NCBI GenBank assembly: GCA_947570695.1
Contig: CANOVB010000005.1
Span: 67,487 to 131,486, forward strand
Direction of reading: 5' to 3'
Source: an uncultured Clostridium sp.
GTDB taxonomy: Bacteria > Bacillota > Clostridia > TANB77 > CAG-508
DNA: 64,000 nucleotides
Shown: positions 1-9,333 of the stretch, one piece after another
Layout of the letters: every line of letters begins with the position of its first letter
Numbering within the stretch: position 1 is the first letter of the stretch
Notes under the pieces: generated by a model
What the model was told of the DNA's origin: nothing
Seen by the model: only the letters and a program-made list of their open reading frames with translations
Databases searched by the model: none
Position numbers and translations under genes: made by a program

Positions 1-105
1 AGTAAACTCAAGAATTAGTTTTTGAAAGTAGAAAATATTAAAATTAAATTCTATTAAAAATAGAAATGATAGATAATTAGAGAATAAATTAAGGGAGGAA
101 TTTTT

Positions 106-2112
106 ATGAAAAAATTAAATAAGAAGATTATTTCAGCTACAGTATTACTTACATTATTAATTTATACAATGCCAATATTAGCTTTTACAAATGAAGAAAC
201 TGTTTATTCGAAATTAGATTCAAATGGTAAAAAATATAAAACAATAGTAAGTACTTTTTTAAATGAAGATGAAATCGTTCAAAATGAAGTTCAAAAGGAT
301 TTACCAGTTGATTGTAAAGTAAAATATGAATTAGATGGAAAGGAAATTTCGTCAGAAGAATTAGCAGGAAAAAATGGAAACGTAAAAATAACATTAGAGT
401 ATATTAATAAGTTAGAAAATGAAGTCGATATTAATGGAAAAAATGAAACATTGTATACACCATTTTTTGTAATTTCAGGAACAATAATTGATAATGAGAA
501 TAATAAAAATATTAAGATTTCAAATGGAAAACTCATTAATGATGGAAGCAAAACTATAGTAATGGGAATTGCAATGCCAGGAATACAAGAGAGTTTAAAT
601 ATTTCAAAAGAAGAAGTAGAGATTCCAAGTAAAATAGAAATTACTATGGATAGTACAAATTTTGAAATGGGAAACATAATGAGCTATTGCACACCCAAGA
701 TATTGGAAAATGGAGAAATAGATGATATTTTAGAAAAAACAGATGAGCTTTTTGAAAAAGTAAATGACCTTCAAGATGCAACTAACAAAATAGAAGATGG
801 AGCTATAAGATTAAATGATGGAGTTGTAGTTCTAAATGATGGAGCAAAAAAATTAAATAGTGGTGCAAATGAATTAAGTGATGGTGTTGGCACATTAAAA
901 AGTGGAACTTCTAAACTTACAACAGGTGCTAACTCTTTAAAAAACGGTGCAACAGAATATACATCCAAATCAAAAGAATTTAATGGGGCAGTAAATAGTT
1001 TAACTGGTGCAATAGGCACAATGAATTCAAGCTATGATGCTATTAATGGAGGTCTGGCAAGTTTAAATGCAAATGCTCCAACATTATCTGCTGGTGCAAA
1101 TTCTGTTAGCTCTGGTGCACAAGATTTATATAATGGACTAAATGCTCTTAATAGTACATTAAATGGAATACCAGTAACTAAAAGCACTTCAAATACAGTA
1201 TCAGTAACTCCGAACAACTCAGATAAAATATCAAAAATTCAAGGTATAACATCAAATAATGAAGATTTATTAGATACATTAAATGCAAATAATGAAGCAT
1301 TAAAAATAGTAGCAAGTACTTTAACAGATGAGAATGCTAAAGCAAGTATTGAAAGTCAAATAGCTGCAAATACAGCTACAATAGCAGCACTTAGAGGTAA
1401 TGATGCAGAACTAAATGGAGTAGCTACAAGTTTAAATGAACCAATAACTTATACTGCAAATAATACATCAGCAAATACAGATGTTATGAATACAATAAAA
1501 GGAACAATAGGAGTTCTAACAGAAGGTGCAAAAAAAGTTTCAGATGGTGCTTCGGCAGTTGCTAAAGGTGCAGGGGATGCACAAAGTGCTATATCAGCAT
1601 TAAGTGCAGGATCAAGTAATTTTAAAGGAGCATTAGATCAATTAAATTCCTCATCATCACAACTATTGTCAGCAAATAATAAATTAACAGAAGCAGCTGG
1701 AACAATAGCAAGTGGAGCAAATGAACTTGCAAATGGAGCAATAAGCTTAGACCAAGGTGCAAATAAATTATCAGACGGAACAAATAGTTTGAAAAATGGA
1801 ACTAATGATTTAGAATCAGGTACAAATACATTATTAAATGGAAGTAATGAATTAGTAGATGGAATAAAAAAATTTAATAATGAAGGAATAAAAGAAATTA
1901 ATAATTACGTAAATAAAGATTTAAAAAATACAGTAACAAGAATTGAAAAATTAGAAAACTTATCAGCAGACTTTAATAAATTTGGCTCAGAAGAGCAAAG
2001 AGAAGCTATTAAATTTATTAATATATTAGATAGTATAAAAACAAGTGCTAAAGAGGAAAAAGAGGAGGATATAATGTTAACAACTGGTGAAAAAGAAGAA
2101 AAGGAAAAATAA
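106..2112 (+). CDS. YhgE/Pip-domain surface protein; has an N-terminal signal/anchor and a long degenerate repeat array, but lacks the C-terminal multi-TM module of full-length YhgE/Pip
   Basis: ATG at 106 sits 8 nt after GGGAGG (93-98). Hydrophobic N-terminus ISATVLLTLLIYTMPILAF. Repeats such as LNDGAKKLNSGANELSDGVGTLKSGTSKLTTGANSLKNGA are typical of the YhgE/Pip family (recognised from memory). Acidic K/E tail. Confidence 0.7.
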   Translation: MKKLNKKIISATVLLTLLIYTMPILAFTNEETVYSKLDSNGKKYKTIVSTFLNEDEIVQNEVQKDLPVDCKVKYELDGKEISSEELAGKNGNVKITLEYINKLENEVDINGKNETLYTPFFVISGTIIDNENNKNIKISNGKLINDGSKTIVMGIAMPGIQESLNISKEEVEIPSKIEITMDSTNFEMGNIMSYCTPKILENGEIDDILEKTDELFEKVNDLQDATNKIEDGAIRLNDGVVVLNDGAKKLNSGANELSDGVGTLKSGTSKLTTGANSLKNGATEYTSKSKEFNGAVNSLTGAIGTMNSSYDAINGGLASLNANAPTLSAGANSVSSGAQDLYNGLNALNSTLNGIPVTKSTSNTVSVTPNNSDKISKIQGITSNNEDLLDTLNANNEALKIVASTLTDENAKASIESQIAANTATIAALRGNDAELNGVATSLNEPITYTANNTSANTDVMNTIKGTIGVLTEGAKKVSDGASAVAKGAGDAQSAISALSAGSSNFKGALDQLNSSSSQLLSANNKLTEAAGTIASGANELANGAISLDQGANKLSDGTNSLKNGTNDLESGTNTLLNGSNELVDGIKKFNNEGIKEINNYVNKDLKNTVTRIEKLENLSADFNKFGSEEQREAIKFINILDSIKTSAKEEKEEDIMLTTGEKEEKEK

Positions 2113-2164
2113 AATATTTGTAAGTGTTTTGAAAAGATAGAATTTTAAGTTTATAATGGTAAAT

Positions 2165-2197
2165 AAAAAAGTGGGTATTCAGGCTTCCCACTTTTTA
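2165..2197. terminator. Bidirectional rho-independent terminator between convergent genes
   Basis: Hairpin aagtggg-N11-cccactt flanked by an A-run on the left and a T-run on the right. Confidence 0.7.
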
Positions 2198-2218
2198 TTA
2201 CATATTTATTTTAAAAAA

Positions 2219-4564
2219 TTAATTATTATTTGAGTTAAATGATGTTATTGCATCTTCATTATCGAACTTATAAGATAAATTTGATTCATTATTTTGAATT
2301 GGATCCATATCATTTGGATTATCTGGTTTAGCATGGAAATTAATATTTCTTAAATCAAATTTATTTTTGCTATAATCATCATTATCACTACCAGCTGTTG
2401 ATATTCCATTTGTAAATTTATTAAAATTATATTTTTTAATTTTTTGTTTTTCTTTATATCTTGATTCCAAGAAATCGATTTTTGCTTGACCAACAAGGTT
2501 TTTACCTTTTAAATCTTTTGTTTTATATATAATGAATTTAAATTTTAATGCCTGAACCTTACCAGCCTTAAAGTTTGGTATCCATTGCCACTTGATGCTC
2601 TTGTAAGTATCATCATATTTACCTTGATCTGTCTTATAATCATGAGTAAACATCCAACGTCTCTTATCTCCAAGTTCTTTTTCCCACCATTCATTATCTT
2701 CTGGGGTGTTATTACCAAATATAACTTTAGTAGTACAGTTAGCTAAAATTGTTTGTCTAAAGTTATAATCATTTTTAATACCAAATTGTGATAAGTTTTG
2801 AGATGATATAATTGTTCCAACTCTATATTTTCTATATAAAGTAAATATATCTTCTGTTGCTTTACATACAAAAGGTGGAAATTCATCAATATATAGGAAG
2901 TGGGGGATTCTAGTTTTTTCGTTTCCTGGTCTAGATAATACTGATTGTTGCATAAGTAGTATAAAGAATAGACCAAAAGCTTTGTGTATACTAGCTCCTA
3001 AATCGCCACGTCGTGTACATACTAAAGTTACATCTCCATTTACTAAAGCTTTATCATAATTTAAATTATTTGCTCTGTTACATAATATATTTCTAACACC
3101 TGGATACCTAAGTAGATTTTCAAGTTGTGAAGCAGAAGCTTGTAAGTATCTTGCTGTTTCTTCACGACCTTGAGCAGTTTTATAGAATGTTTTCTTAAAG
3201 TATCCAAGCTGAATTTTATATTCTTCAGCAAGTTCTGGATATTGCTTCATTTGTTCTGCCATTTGTTCTATTAAATCAAAATCATTTAATAGTTCTAATA
3301 AATCTTCTAAGTTTGGAAGTAAGCCTTCATGTTCTCTAGGATAAACTTCTTTTAACATTAATACTAAATTTTCAATGGCTTGAGTAACTATATTTTCCAT
3401 AAAAGCTTCATCATGATTTCCAAAATTTGGTACTTCTTCAGATGCGTACATTCTTTTTAGGATAGAAGATATAGCTATTGAAGTTTTCATAGGATCTTCA
3501 TAAGTGAATGGATTTAATCCTATAGAGCTATTGTCATTTGGGTCTATGATATGATATTTAACACCAAAGTTATTTGCAATATCCTTTACATGAGTTATTG
3601 ATTCATAATCAGGAGCCATATAAGTTATACCAAGATTTTTGTAAATTGAATTTTCACCATCATAATTATAAAGCATTTTTGCAAAATATGCTTTGAAAAC
3701 TTTTTCTTTACTTGGTACAGGTGTAATCATATTTAAATTAAAGTTTTCATTTATATAATCATTAGAAAAAGGACAAGAAAGAGTAGCTATATTAGTACGC
3801 AATGCTGTATATCCTAATTCTTTTGAAGTTTCTTTGAAAAAATATTTTTTCTCTAAATCTCTTGCAATCATTGGCTCAAACATCATTGAAGTTTTTCCTG
3901 AACCAGATACACCAACAATTAAAGTAGATTCAAAACGCCTAGATTCTGGAGTTTTGATTGTTTTTCCAGTTTCTCTGTCTCTACATAAGAACATTTCACA
4001 AGTAAATGGACCCATTCCAATAGATTTGTCTGATAAATCTATTCCGCCATAATCCCAAATTGATTCTTTAATGTATAATGTGTCATCAACTTTTGTATAT
4101 AACCATTTAAAAAATGGGAATATTGTACATACTGGAATATACCAAGCAAATGCTGAAAAAGCAGGCTTTATTAAATCCATAAAATTTGCAATAATATAAG
4201 AATAGTTTGGTACAGAGAAAAGTAATAACCATCCTAAATGGTTTATCCATTGAACAATCATTGATATTACTACTATATGTAACGCTGAAGCGTATATATA
4301 AAAGAAAGATGTTTTTGTGTATTTATCTGTAGCAAATTTTGATGAAGGAGAGAAGTAAAATGCAAATACTGGACATGCTAAAGCTAGTGTATATGTTATT
4401 GGACCCCAATAAGATACAGATAATCCAGAGAAAACTATAAATAGTACTTCTACAATTCTGTCAACACAAATATAGATAGAAATCAATGTTAAAATATAAG
4501 TAGCAAAGGTATTCCTATCAGTTTTTAATAATTTCAAAAATTTATCAATGTATTTCATAATCAT
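2219..4564 (-). CDS. Membrane-anchored TraD/TraG/VirD4-like (type IV coupling protein family) P-loop ATPase
   Basis: N-terminal roughly 170 aa is polytopic and hydrophobic. Walker A GVSGSGKTS. Walker B-like FLYIDEFPPF followed by TIISSQNLSQF, resembling the TraG-D_C region. N/D-rich C-terminal tail. Confidence 0.65.
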   Translation of the reverse strand: MIMKYIDKFLKLLKTDRNTFATYILTLISIYICVDRIVEVLFIVFSGLSVSYWGPITYTLALACPVFAFYFSPSSKFATDKYTKTSFFYIYASALHIVVISMIVQWINHLGWLLLFSVPNYSYIIANFMDLIKPAFSAFAWYIPVCTIFPFFKWLYTKVDDTLYIKESIWDYGGIDLSDKSIGMGPFTCEMFLCRDRETGKTIKTPESRRFESTLIVGVSGSGKTSMMFEPMIARDLEKKYFFKETSKELGYTALRTNIATLSCPFSNDYINENFNLNMITPVPSKEKVFKAYFAKMLYNYDGENSIYKNLGITYMAPDYESITHVKDIANNFGVKYHIIDPNDNSSIGLNPFTYEDPMKTSIAISSILKRMYASEEVPNFGNHDEAFMENIVTQAIENLVLMLKEVYPREHEGLLPNLEDLLELLNDFDLIEQMAEQMKQYPELAEEYKIQLGYFKKTFYKTAQGREETARYLQASASQLENLLRYPGVRNILCNRANNLNYDKALVNGDVTLVCTRRGDLGASIHKAFGLFFILLMQQSVLSRPGNEKTRIPHFLYIDEFPPFVCKATEDIFTLYRKYRVGTIISSQNLSQFGIKNDYNFRQTILANCTTKVIFGNNTPEDNEWWEKELGDKRRWMFTHDYKTDQGKYDDTYKSIKWQWIPNFKAGKVQALKFKFIIYKTKDLKGKNLVGQAKIDFLESRYKEKQKIKKYNFNKFTNGISTAGSDNDDYSKNKFDLRNINFHAKPDNPNDMDPIQNNESNLSYKFDNEDAITSFNSNNN

Positions 4565-4731
4565 AATTAAATTCCTCTTTATAAAAAACTATACATATAT
4601 ATTATCTTACAAAATGGGAAAAAAATCAAGCTTTTTGGCAAAAAAACCTTGATTTCCGTAAGAAAAATAAGAATAAAAATATAAATTTTTAATAAAATTT
4701 AATAAAAATTGATTTTGAGAGAGGGAAAGTC

Positions 4732-6288
4732 TTGAAAAAAATAGAAATTACCGATTTTTTTAAAGGAATAATATCATTAGTAATATCTCAAATTCTTATA
4801 AAAATTTTTGGAGTTATTTATAGTTTATATATAACAAATAAAAATGGATTTGGAGATGAAGGAAATGCTATATATATGAGCGGATATCAGATATATGCAT
4901 TATTACTTACAATATCTTCTATTGGAGTTCCGAATGCAATTTCTAAAATTATTTCGGAGAAAAAATCCATAAAAGATTACACAAATTTAGAAAGAATATT
5001 CAAAATATCAGTATTTGTTTTTGCAGTAATTGGATTTTTTGGAACAGTTACATTATTTATTTTTTCTGGTTTTATTGCTGAAAACATTTTACAAATACCA
5101 GAAACAAAATTGAGTTTAATGGTTTTATCGCCAGCAATATTTTTTGTTTCAATAAGTTCTGTTGTTAGAGGATATTGCAATGGAGAGAATAAAATATATG
5201 TTACAGCCAAATCGCAGTTTTTTGAACAAATAATCAAATCAGTATTAACAATTACACTTGTAGAAATATTATCAAGATTTCCAAATTCAAATACAGAAAT
5301 TTTAGCTGCAATCGCAAATTTTGCAACAACTTTAGCGACTTTTTGTAGCCTAATGTACATATTAAAAAAGTATAGAAAAATAAAAAAACAAAATATATAT
5401 TTAAGTAAATATAATTTTCCTAAAGAAAGAATATTTACTATAATAAGAAAAGTTTTGATAATATCAATTCCTATGACTACAAGTGCTATTTTAACATCAT
5501 TAGGAAAAAATGTTGATTCTGTTACAGTAGTTAGAATACTTAAAAATATTTTAGGAGAAGAAACTGCAATTATAAAATATGGAATATTAAGTTCTAAAGT
5601 GGATATATTAATAGCATTACCATTATCATTTAATATTGCAATTTCAACAGCGTTAATACCAGAAATATCCAGAAAGAAGGCAATTAATGATATATCAGGA
5701 ATAGTAAAAAAAATAGAAACTTCTATATTAATTACTATTATAATAGGAATACCATCTACATTTGGAATGTGTTTTTATTCTGAGCAAATTTTTGATTTAT
5801 TATATCCAAGAGCAAATGAAGGAGCAATTTTACTTAGCATAGCATCTTTTAGTATAATATTTTCATTACTTGTACAGACTATAAATGGAATCCTTCAAGG
5901 TCTGGGGAAAAATAATGTACCAGTTTTAGCATCAGTAATTGGATTATTAGTAAAAATATTTTCTAATATAATATTAATAAGAGTAGAGGGAATATATGAA
6001 AAAGGAGCAATTATAGGAAATATATTATCAAATATAGTTTCATTTATAATTGTATATATTGCATTAATAAGAAATATTGATATAAAATTAAATTTGCTTA
6101 AAAAAGGGATAAAACCTATTTTAGCAAGTGCGATTATGATATTTTTTTCATTAAAAATATATAATTTTTTAGTATTAAAAAATATAAATATTAATATTTG
6201 TACAATAAGTTCTATTTTCTTTGCTATACTAATTTATATTTTTTGCTGCTTTTTTATGAAAATTTTAAAGAAAAATGAAATCTCGTGA
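4732..6288 (+). CDS. spoVB: MOP-superfamily polysaccharide/lipid II flippase (SpoVB/MurJ-like)
   Basis: 518 aa with about 14 predicted TM segments. TTG start preceded by GAGAGAGGGAAAG. Size and architecture are typical of SpoVB in spore formers; the symbol is tentative. Confidence 0.6.
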   Translation: MKKIEITDFFKGIISLVISQILIKIFGVIYSLYITNKNGFGDEGNAIYMSGYQIYALLLTISSIGVPNAISKIISEKKSIKDYTNLERIFKISVFVFAVIGFFGTVTLFIFSGFIAENILQIPETKLSLMVLSPAIFFVSISSVVRGYCNGENKIYVTAKSQFFEQIIKSVLTITLVEILSRFPNSNTEILAAIANFATTLATFCSLMYILKKYRKIKKQNIYLSKYNFPKERIFTIIRKVLIISIPMTTSAILTSLGKNVDSVTVVRILKNILGEETAIIKYGILSSKVDILIALPLSFNIAISTALIPEISRKKAINDISGIVKKIETSILITIIIGIPSTFGMCFYSEQIFDLLYPRANEGAILLSIASFSIIFSLLVQTINGILQGLGKNNVPVLASVIGLLVKIFSNIILIRVEGIYEKGAIIGNILSNIVSFIIVYIALIRNIDIKLNLLKKGIKPILASAIMIFFSLKIYNFLVLKNININICTISSIFFAILIYIFCCFFMKILKKNEIS

Positions 6289-6470
6289 AAGCCTTATAAA
6301 TAGCAGACAAACCGGAAAAAAATTCTTAAAAAAGCTGAAAAATAAGTAAATTTTTCAAAAAAAAATAAAAAAAAGAAGGATTTTAGCACATTTTGGCGAA
6401 TAAAAATATTGTAGAACAAATTAATAGATATTCTACATAACACTAAAATCTATTAGGAGGTAATTTTAAA

Positions 6471-6749
6471 ATGAACAAAGCTGAATTAATCGCAGCAATA
6501 GCTGCAAAAACAGGAGAAACAAAAAAATCTGCAGAAGAATCTGTAAACGCATTTGTTAGCGTAGTAACAGAATCTTTAACAAAAGGTGAGAAAGTTCAAT
6601 TAGTTGGATTTGGATCTTTTGAAGTAAGAAAAAGAGCAGCTAGAAAAGGAAGAAACCCACAAACTAAAGAAGAAATCAAAATACCTGCATCAAAAGCTCC
6701 AGTATTTAAAGCTGGAAAAGCATTAAAAGATTTAGTAAATAAAAAATAG
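6471..6749 (+). CDS. hup: DNA-binding protein HU
   Basis: [11 protein letters not shown]...[42 protein letters not shown] is the canonical HU/IHF signature. AGGAGG RBS. Confidence 0.97.
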   Translation: MNKAELIAAIAAKTGETKKSAEESVNAFVSVVTESLTKGEKVQLVGFGSFEVRKRAARKGRNPQTKEEIKIPASKAPVFKAGKALKDLVNKK

Positions 6750-6810
6750 GAATTATATAAAGTTTATATGAATTCATAGGAAAGTAGTGCTAAGGTGGCA
6801 CTGCTTTTTT

Positions 6811-7030
6811 ATTTAGTAGAAAAGAGCTATGCATCATACTAAATAAAAGCTTGCGCTAATTTTACACACAAATTTAATAATGCCAATATTAAAAATATTG
6901 ATATACTGATACTGTAATAGCTAAAACTTAAATAGTATTAGTAATTTTGTGTGAGCGAACATTTCTTAATTATGTGAAATGAGCTACAGATAAGTTATTG
7001 CAGAGGAAAGATGTGGACAATTTAGAAAAG
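6811..7030 (+). repeat. Intergenic repeat family IGR-1, copy R1, with an IGR-2 element nested in its module-C hairpin loop
   Basis: Hairpin atttagta..tactaaat, then aaaagcttgcgctaattt, then stem cacacaaatt(6864-6873)/aattttgtgtg(6943-6953) enclosing about 70 nt homologous to 21241-21312. It is followed by ctacagataagttattgcagag, which is shared with copy R2. Confidence 0.7.
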
Positions 7031-7212
7031 TTTTATCTTTTACATATAATATTTAGGCAATTTAGAAAAAAGTTTATTTTGCATATTAAGTATTTTTAGC
7101 TTTGTTTAAAAAATAAGTTTTATAGTTTTCTTGAAAAAACATATAAGTAATGATAACATAATAAAAAACAATTTATTTGTATTTTATTAAAAATAAAGAA
7201 ATGGTGGATATT

Positions 7213-7704
7213 ATGAAAAAAACTCTAAAAGTTATTTGTATAATTTGTGTAATAAGTTTAATTATTCTATTTACAATTAAAAATTTAAAAAAGAGTAATA
7301 ATTTAGAAAGAGATTTTGAAAAAGAACAGCAGGTTTTAGCAATAATAGAGGAAGATAGAAATAATTATATGGGACAAGGTGATGAATATATATCATATTG
7401 GGCTCCTAAACAAGCTATTTTAGATGAAGAAATAGATAAGCTTTTTATAAGACATTTAGAAGAAAAATACTATGAAGAATTAATGAATAATATTTCTAGT
7501 GAAATGAAAGAAAATTCTAGTGAAATTCCAAAAAGTACAAAAAAATTAGTAAGAGAAGCAATAAATTTATATAATGGAAATAAAATTACAGATTATGAAA
7601 AAGAAGTCTTAAAATATATTTTTGAAGGAATATATTTTACAGTTTCCACTGAAGATAGTAAGCTAGCGGATGAATTAAATACAACTGGAATAGAATTTAA
7701 ATAA
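7213..7704 (+). CDS. Hypothetical membrane-anchored protein
   Basis: Preferred start is ATG 7213 (MKKTLKVICIICVISLIILF signal/anchor) after GGTGGA. The ORF track starts at 7177. Confidence 0.6.
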   Translation: MKKTLKVICIICVISLIILFTIKNLKKSNNLERDFEKEQQVLAIIEEDRNNYMGQGDEYISYWAPKQAILDEEIDKLFIRHLEEKYYEELMNNISSEMKENSSEIPKSTKKLVREAINLYNGNKITDYEKEVLKYIFEGIYFTVSTEDSKLADELNTTGIEFK

Positions 7705-7777
7705 AAGTATTGCAAAAAGAAATTAGTAATAATATAATATAAGTGATTTTACAAAGGATAAATGGAGGTGTAGCAAA

Positions 7778-8218
7778 GTGGAACAATATGAAGTAATTTT
7801 TCTAGATGAAGATAGAAAAACAATTCTTGATCGTCAATTTATAAACAGTGGAGAAGCTGTAAAATATAATGGAAAAACACCTGTTAAAGAACCAACAAAT
7901 CAAGTAAAGTATACTTTTTCTGGTTGGACAGGCGAAGAAAAAATGAGTTCAGTTCAAGAAAAACTTGTATTAATAGCAAAATATTCAGCAGAAACAGTTA
8001 CTGCCTCAAAAGATGAAAATGCAATGTTAGAAGCTTCTTTAGCTAATGCAGAAAATACAAATTTAAATGCTACTATAGAAGCTGGTCAAAAAGTTAATGA
8101 ACAGAGTAAAGCCCTAGAAAAAGATTCAAGAACAGCAGAAGAAATAGTAAATGACGTTTTAGAAAATGGAAAAACAGAAATAGGACAAGAAGTAAATAAA
8201 GATAATATAGAAAGATAA
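7778..8218 (+). CDS. Hypothetical protein; N-terminal segment resembles a single Listeria-Bacteroides (Flg_new-type) repeat
   Basis: GTG start 8 nt after GGAGGTG. YEVIFLDED...VKYNGKTPVKEPTNQVKYTFSGWTG resembles the repeat consensus (from memory). Confidence 0.55.
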   Translation: MEQYEVIFLDEDRKTILDRQFINSGEAVKYNGKTPVKEPTNQVKYTFSGWTGEEKMSSVQEKLVLIAKYSAETVTASKDENAMLEASLANAENTNLNATIEAGQKVNEQSKALEKDSRTAEEIVNDVLENGKTEIGQEVNKDNIER

Positions 8219-8244
8219 ATACAAATGATAGTGAGGGGTTACAA

Positions 8245-8844
8245 ATGAGTGTTGTAATTACGATTGATGACATACGAGCTTATGCAGAAGTTGATTATAT
8301 TATTAATCATATGAATCAAAAATACATAGATAAAGTTCCTAAAAAAATTTTAGCTTTTTTTTCTGAGCTTAAAGATCCAAATTATTATGTAAAAGTTGAC
8401 CCTTATGTGCCACTTCAAAATCAAGGTTTAAAAAGGTATACTTTAGAAATAATTGCATTATTACATTTAAAATATTGGTGTGAAGATGAAGAAAGAAAAA
8501 AAGAATTATATGGTATAATGCTTCGTAATCAAGAAAAATTAGAAGAGCAAATGAGAGATAAATTTAGCGTAGATAAATTATTTGGAAATAATTCATCAGA
8601 TGAAAAGACTGAAGGACAAGAAAAAGAAGATTTTACGAAACCTAGAGTTGTTCAAAGATATAGCCAATATACAGAGCAAAATACTGATATACAAGATTTT
8701 ACTGATCATGTTGAAGAAACTAATATAGCACAATCAGAAAATAATTTAGTTTCAGAAACTAATATTTTAAAAGCAAAAAGTTTTTTTGAAAAAATAAAAG
8801 AAAAGATTTTATCAATTTTTAGCAAAAAAGAAAAAAGTAATTAA
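8245..8844 (+). CDS. Hypothetical protein
   Basis: ATG after GTGAGGGG. 199 aa with host-like codon usage and no recognisable motif. Confidence 0.55.
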   Translation: MSVVITIDDIRAYAEVDYIINHMNQKYIDKVPKKILAFFSELKDPNYYVKVDPYVPLQNQGLKRYTLEIIALLHLKYWCEDEERKKELYGIMLRNQEKLEEQMRDKFSVDKLFGNNSSDEKTEGQEKEDFTKPRVVQRYSQYTEQNTDIQDFTDHVEETNIAQSENNLVSETNILKAKSFFEKIKEKILSIFSKKEKSN

Positions 8845-8876
8845 ATAGTAAAAGAAGAACTTTTTAAAGTTCTTTT

Positions 8877-9072
8877 TTATATTATAGGAAATTGCTAAAA
8901 AATTCTAAAAGCTTCGCCAAAATTTGAGCACAATTTTACTATGTAAAATTGGTGCAAAAACATTTCTTAGATGTAGCAAATGAAATGAACTACAGATAAG
9001 TTATTGCAGAGAAAAGGAGAGGACATTTGCGTTTGTTTTTTGCAATTATCATAATGTACTCTTTTGTTTTTT
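8877..9072 (+). repeat. Intergenic repeat family IGR-1, copy R2
   Basis: Modules: tattataggaaattgc..., aaaagcttcgccaaaattt, hairpin gcacaattttac-tat-gtaaaattggtgc, ctacagataagttattgcagag, and long stem gagaggacatt...aatgtactcttttgtttt. Confidence 0.7.
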
Positions 9073-9150
9073 AGAAGAATATGCAATTAAATAAAATACA
9101 TTTTAAATATTATTTACTTTTATACTTTTGAGAAAAAATATGATAAAGTA

Positions 9151-9179
9151 TTGACAAACATTAAAAAAAGTAGTAATAT
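9151..9179 (+). promoter_or_regulatory. Sigma-A type promoter of the infC-rpmI-rplT operon
   Basis: TTGACA (9151-9156), 17-nt spacer, TAATAT (9174-9179). Confidence 0.6.
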
Positions 9180-9180
9180 A

Positions 9181-9322
9181 TTAATGTTTTAAGAAGAAGT
9201 ATCCACTTCTCACCTTATCTTAAGTTAAGAGCATAAGGTTAGAATTTAAATAGTTATGATTAATATAATTATTGGAATTAGTATGTGGATTTGGCTTTTT
9301 AAAATAAGTCAAATTTTTTTTT
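9181..9322 (+). promoter_or_regulatory. L20 leader-like attenuator upstream of infC
   Basis: Nested hairpins agaagt/acttct and accttat..cttaa-g-ttaag..ataaggt. A terminator atttggctt(9289-9297)/aagtcaaat(9306-9314) plus T9 sits immediately before the infC RBS. Position and layout match the Firmicute L20-controlled leader. The family assignment was not checked with a covariance model. Confidence 0.55.
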
Positions 9323-9333
9323 GGAGGTGTTTT

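Noticed and set aside
2219-4564. TraD/VirD4-like gene as evidence that the window start lies in an integrative conjugative element
   Set aside because: No relaxase, VirB4, integrase, oriT-like repeat or compositional shift is present. The flanking genes (spoVB, hup) are core genes with host composition.
6811-9072. IGR-1 repeats as a degenerate CRISPR array
   Set aside because: The copies are scattered over 55 kb, are 120-210 bp long, modular and divergent. They are not short identical repeats with uniform spacers, and no cas genes are present.
9256-9333. N-terminal 26-codon extension of infC in the ORF track
   Set aside because: It overlaps the leader terminator and encodes hydrophobic junk (MINIIIGISMWIWLFKISQIFFWRCF). 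The GGAGG RBS lies inside it, just before the conserved ATT start.
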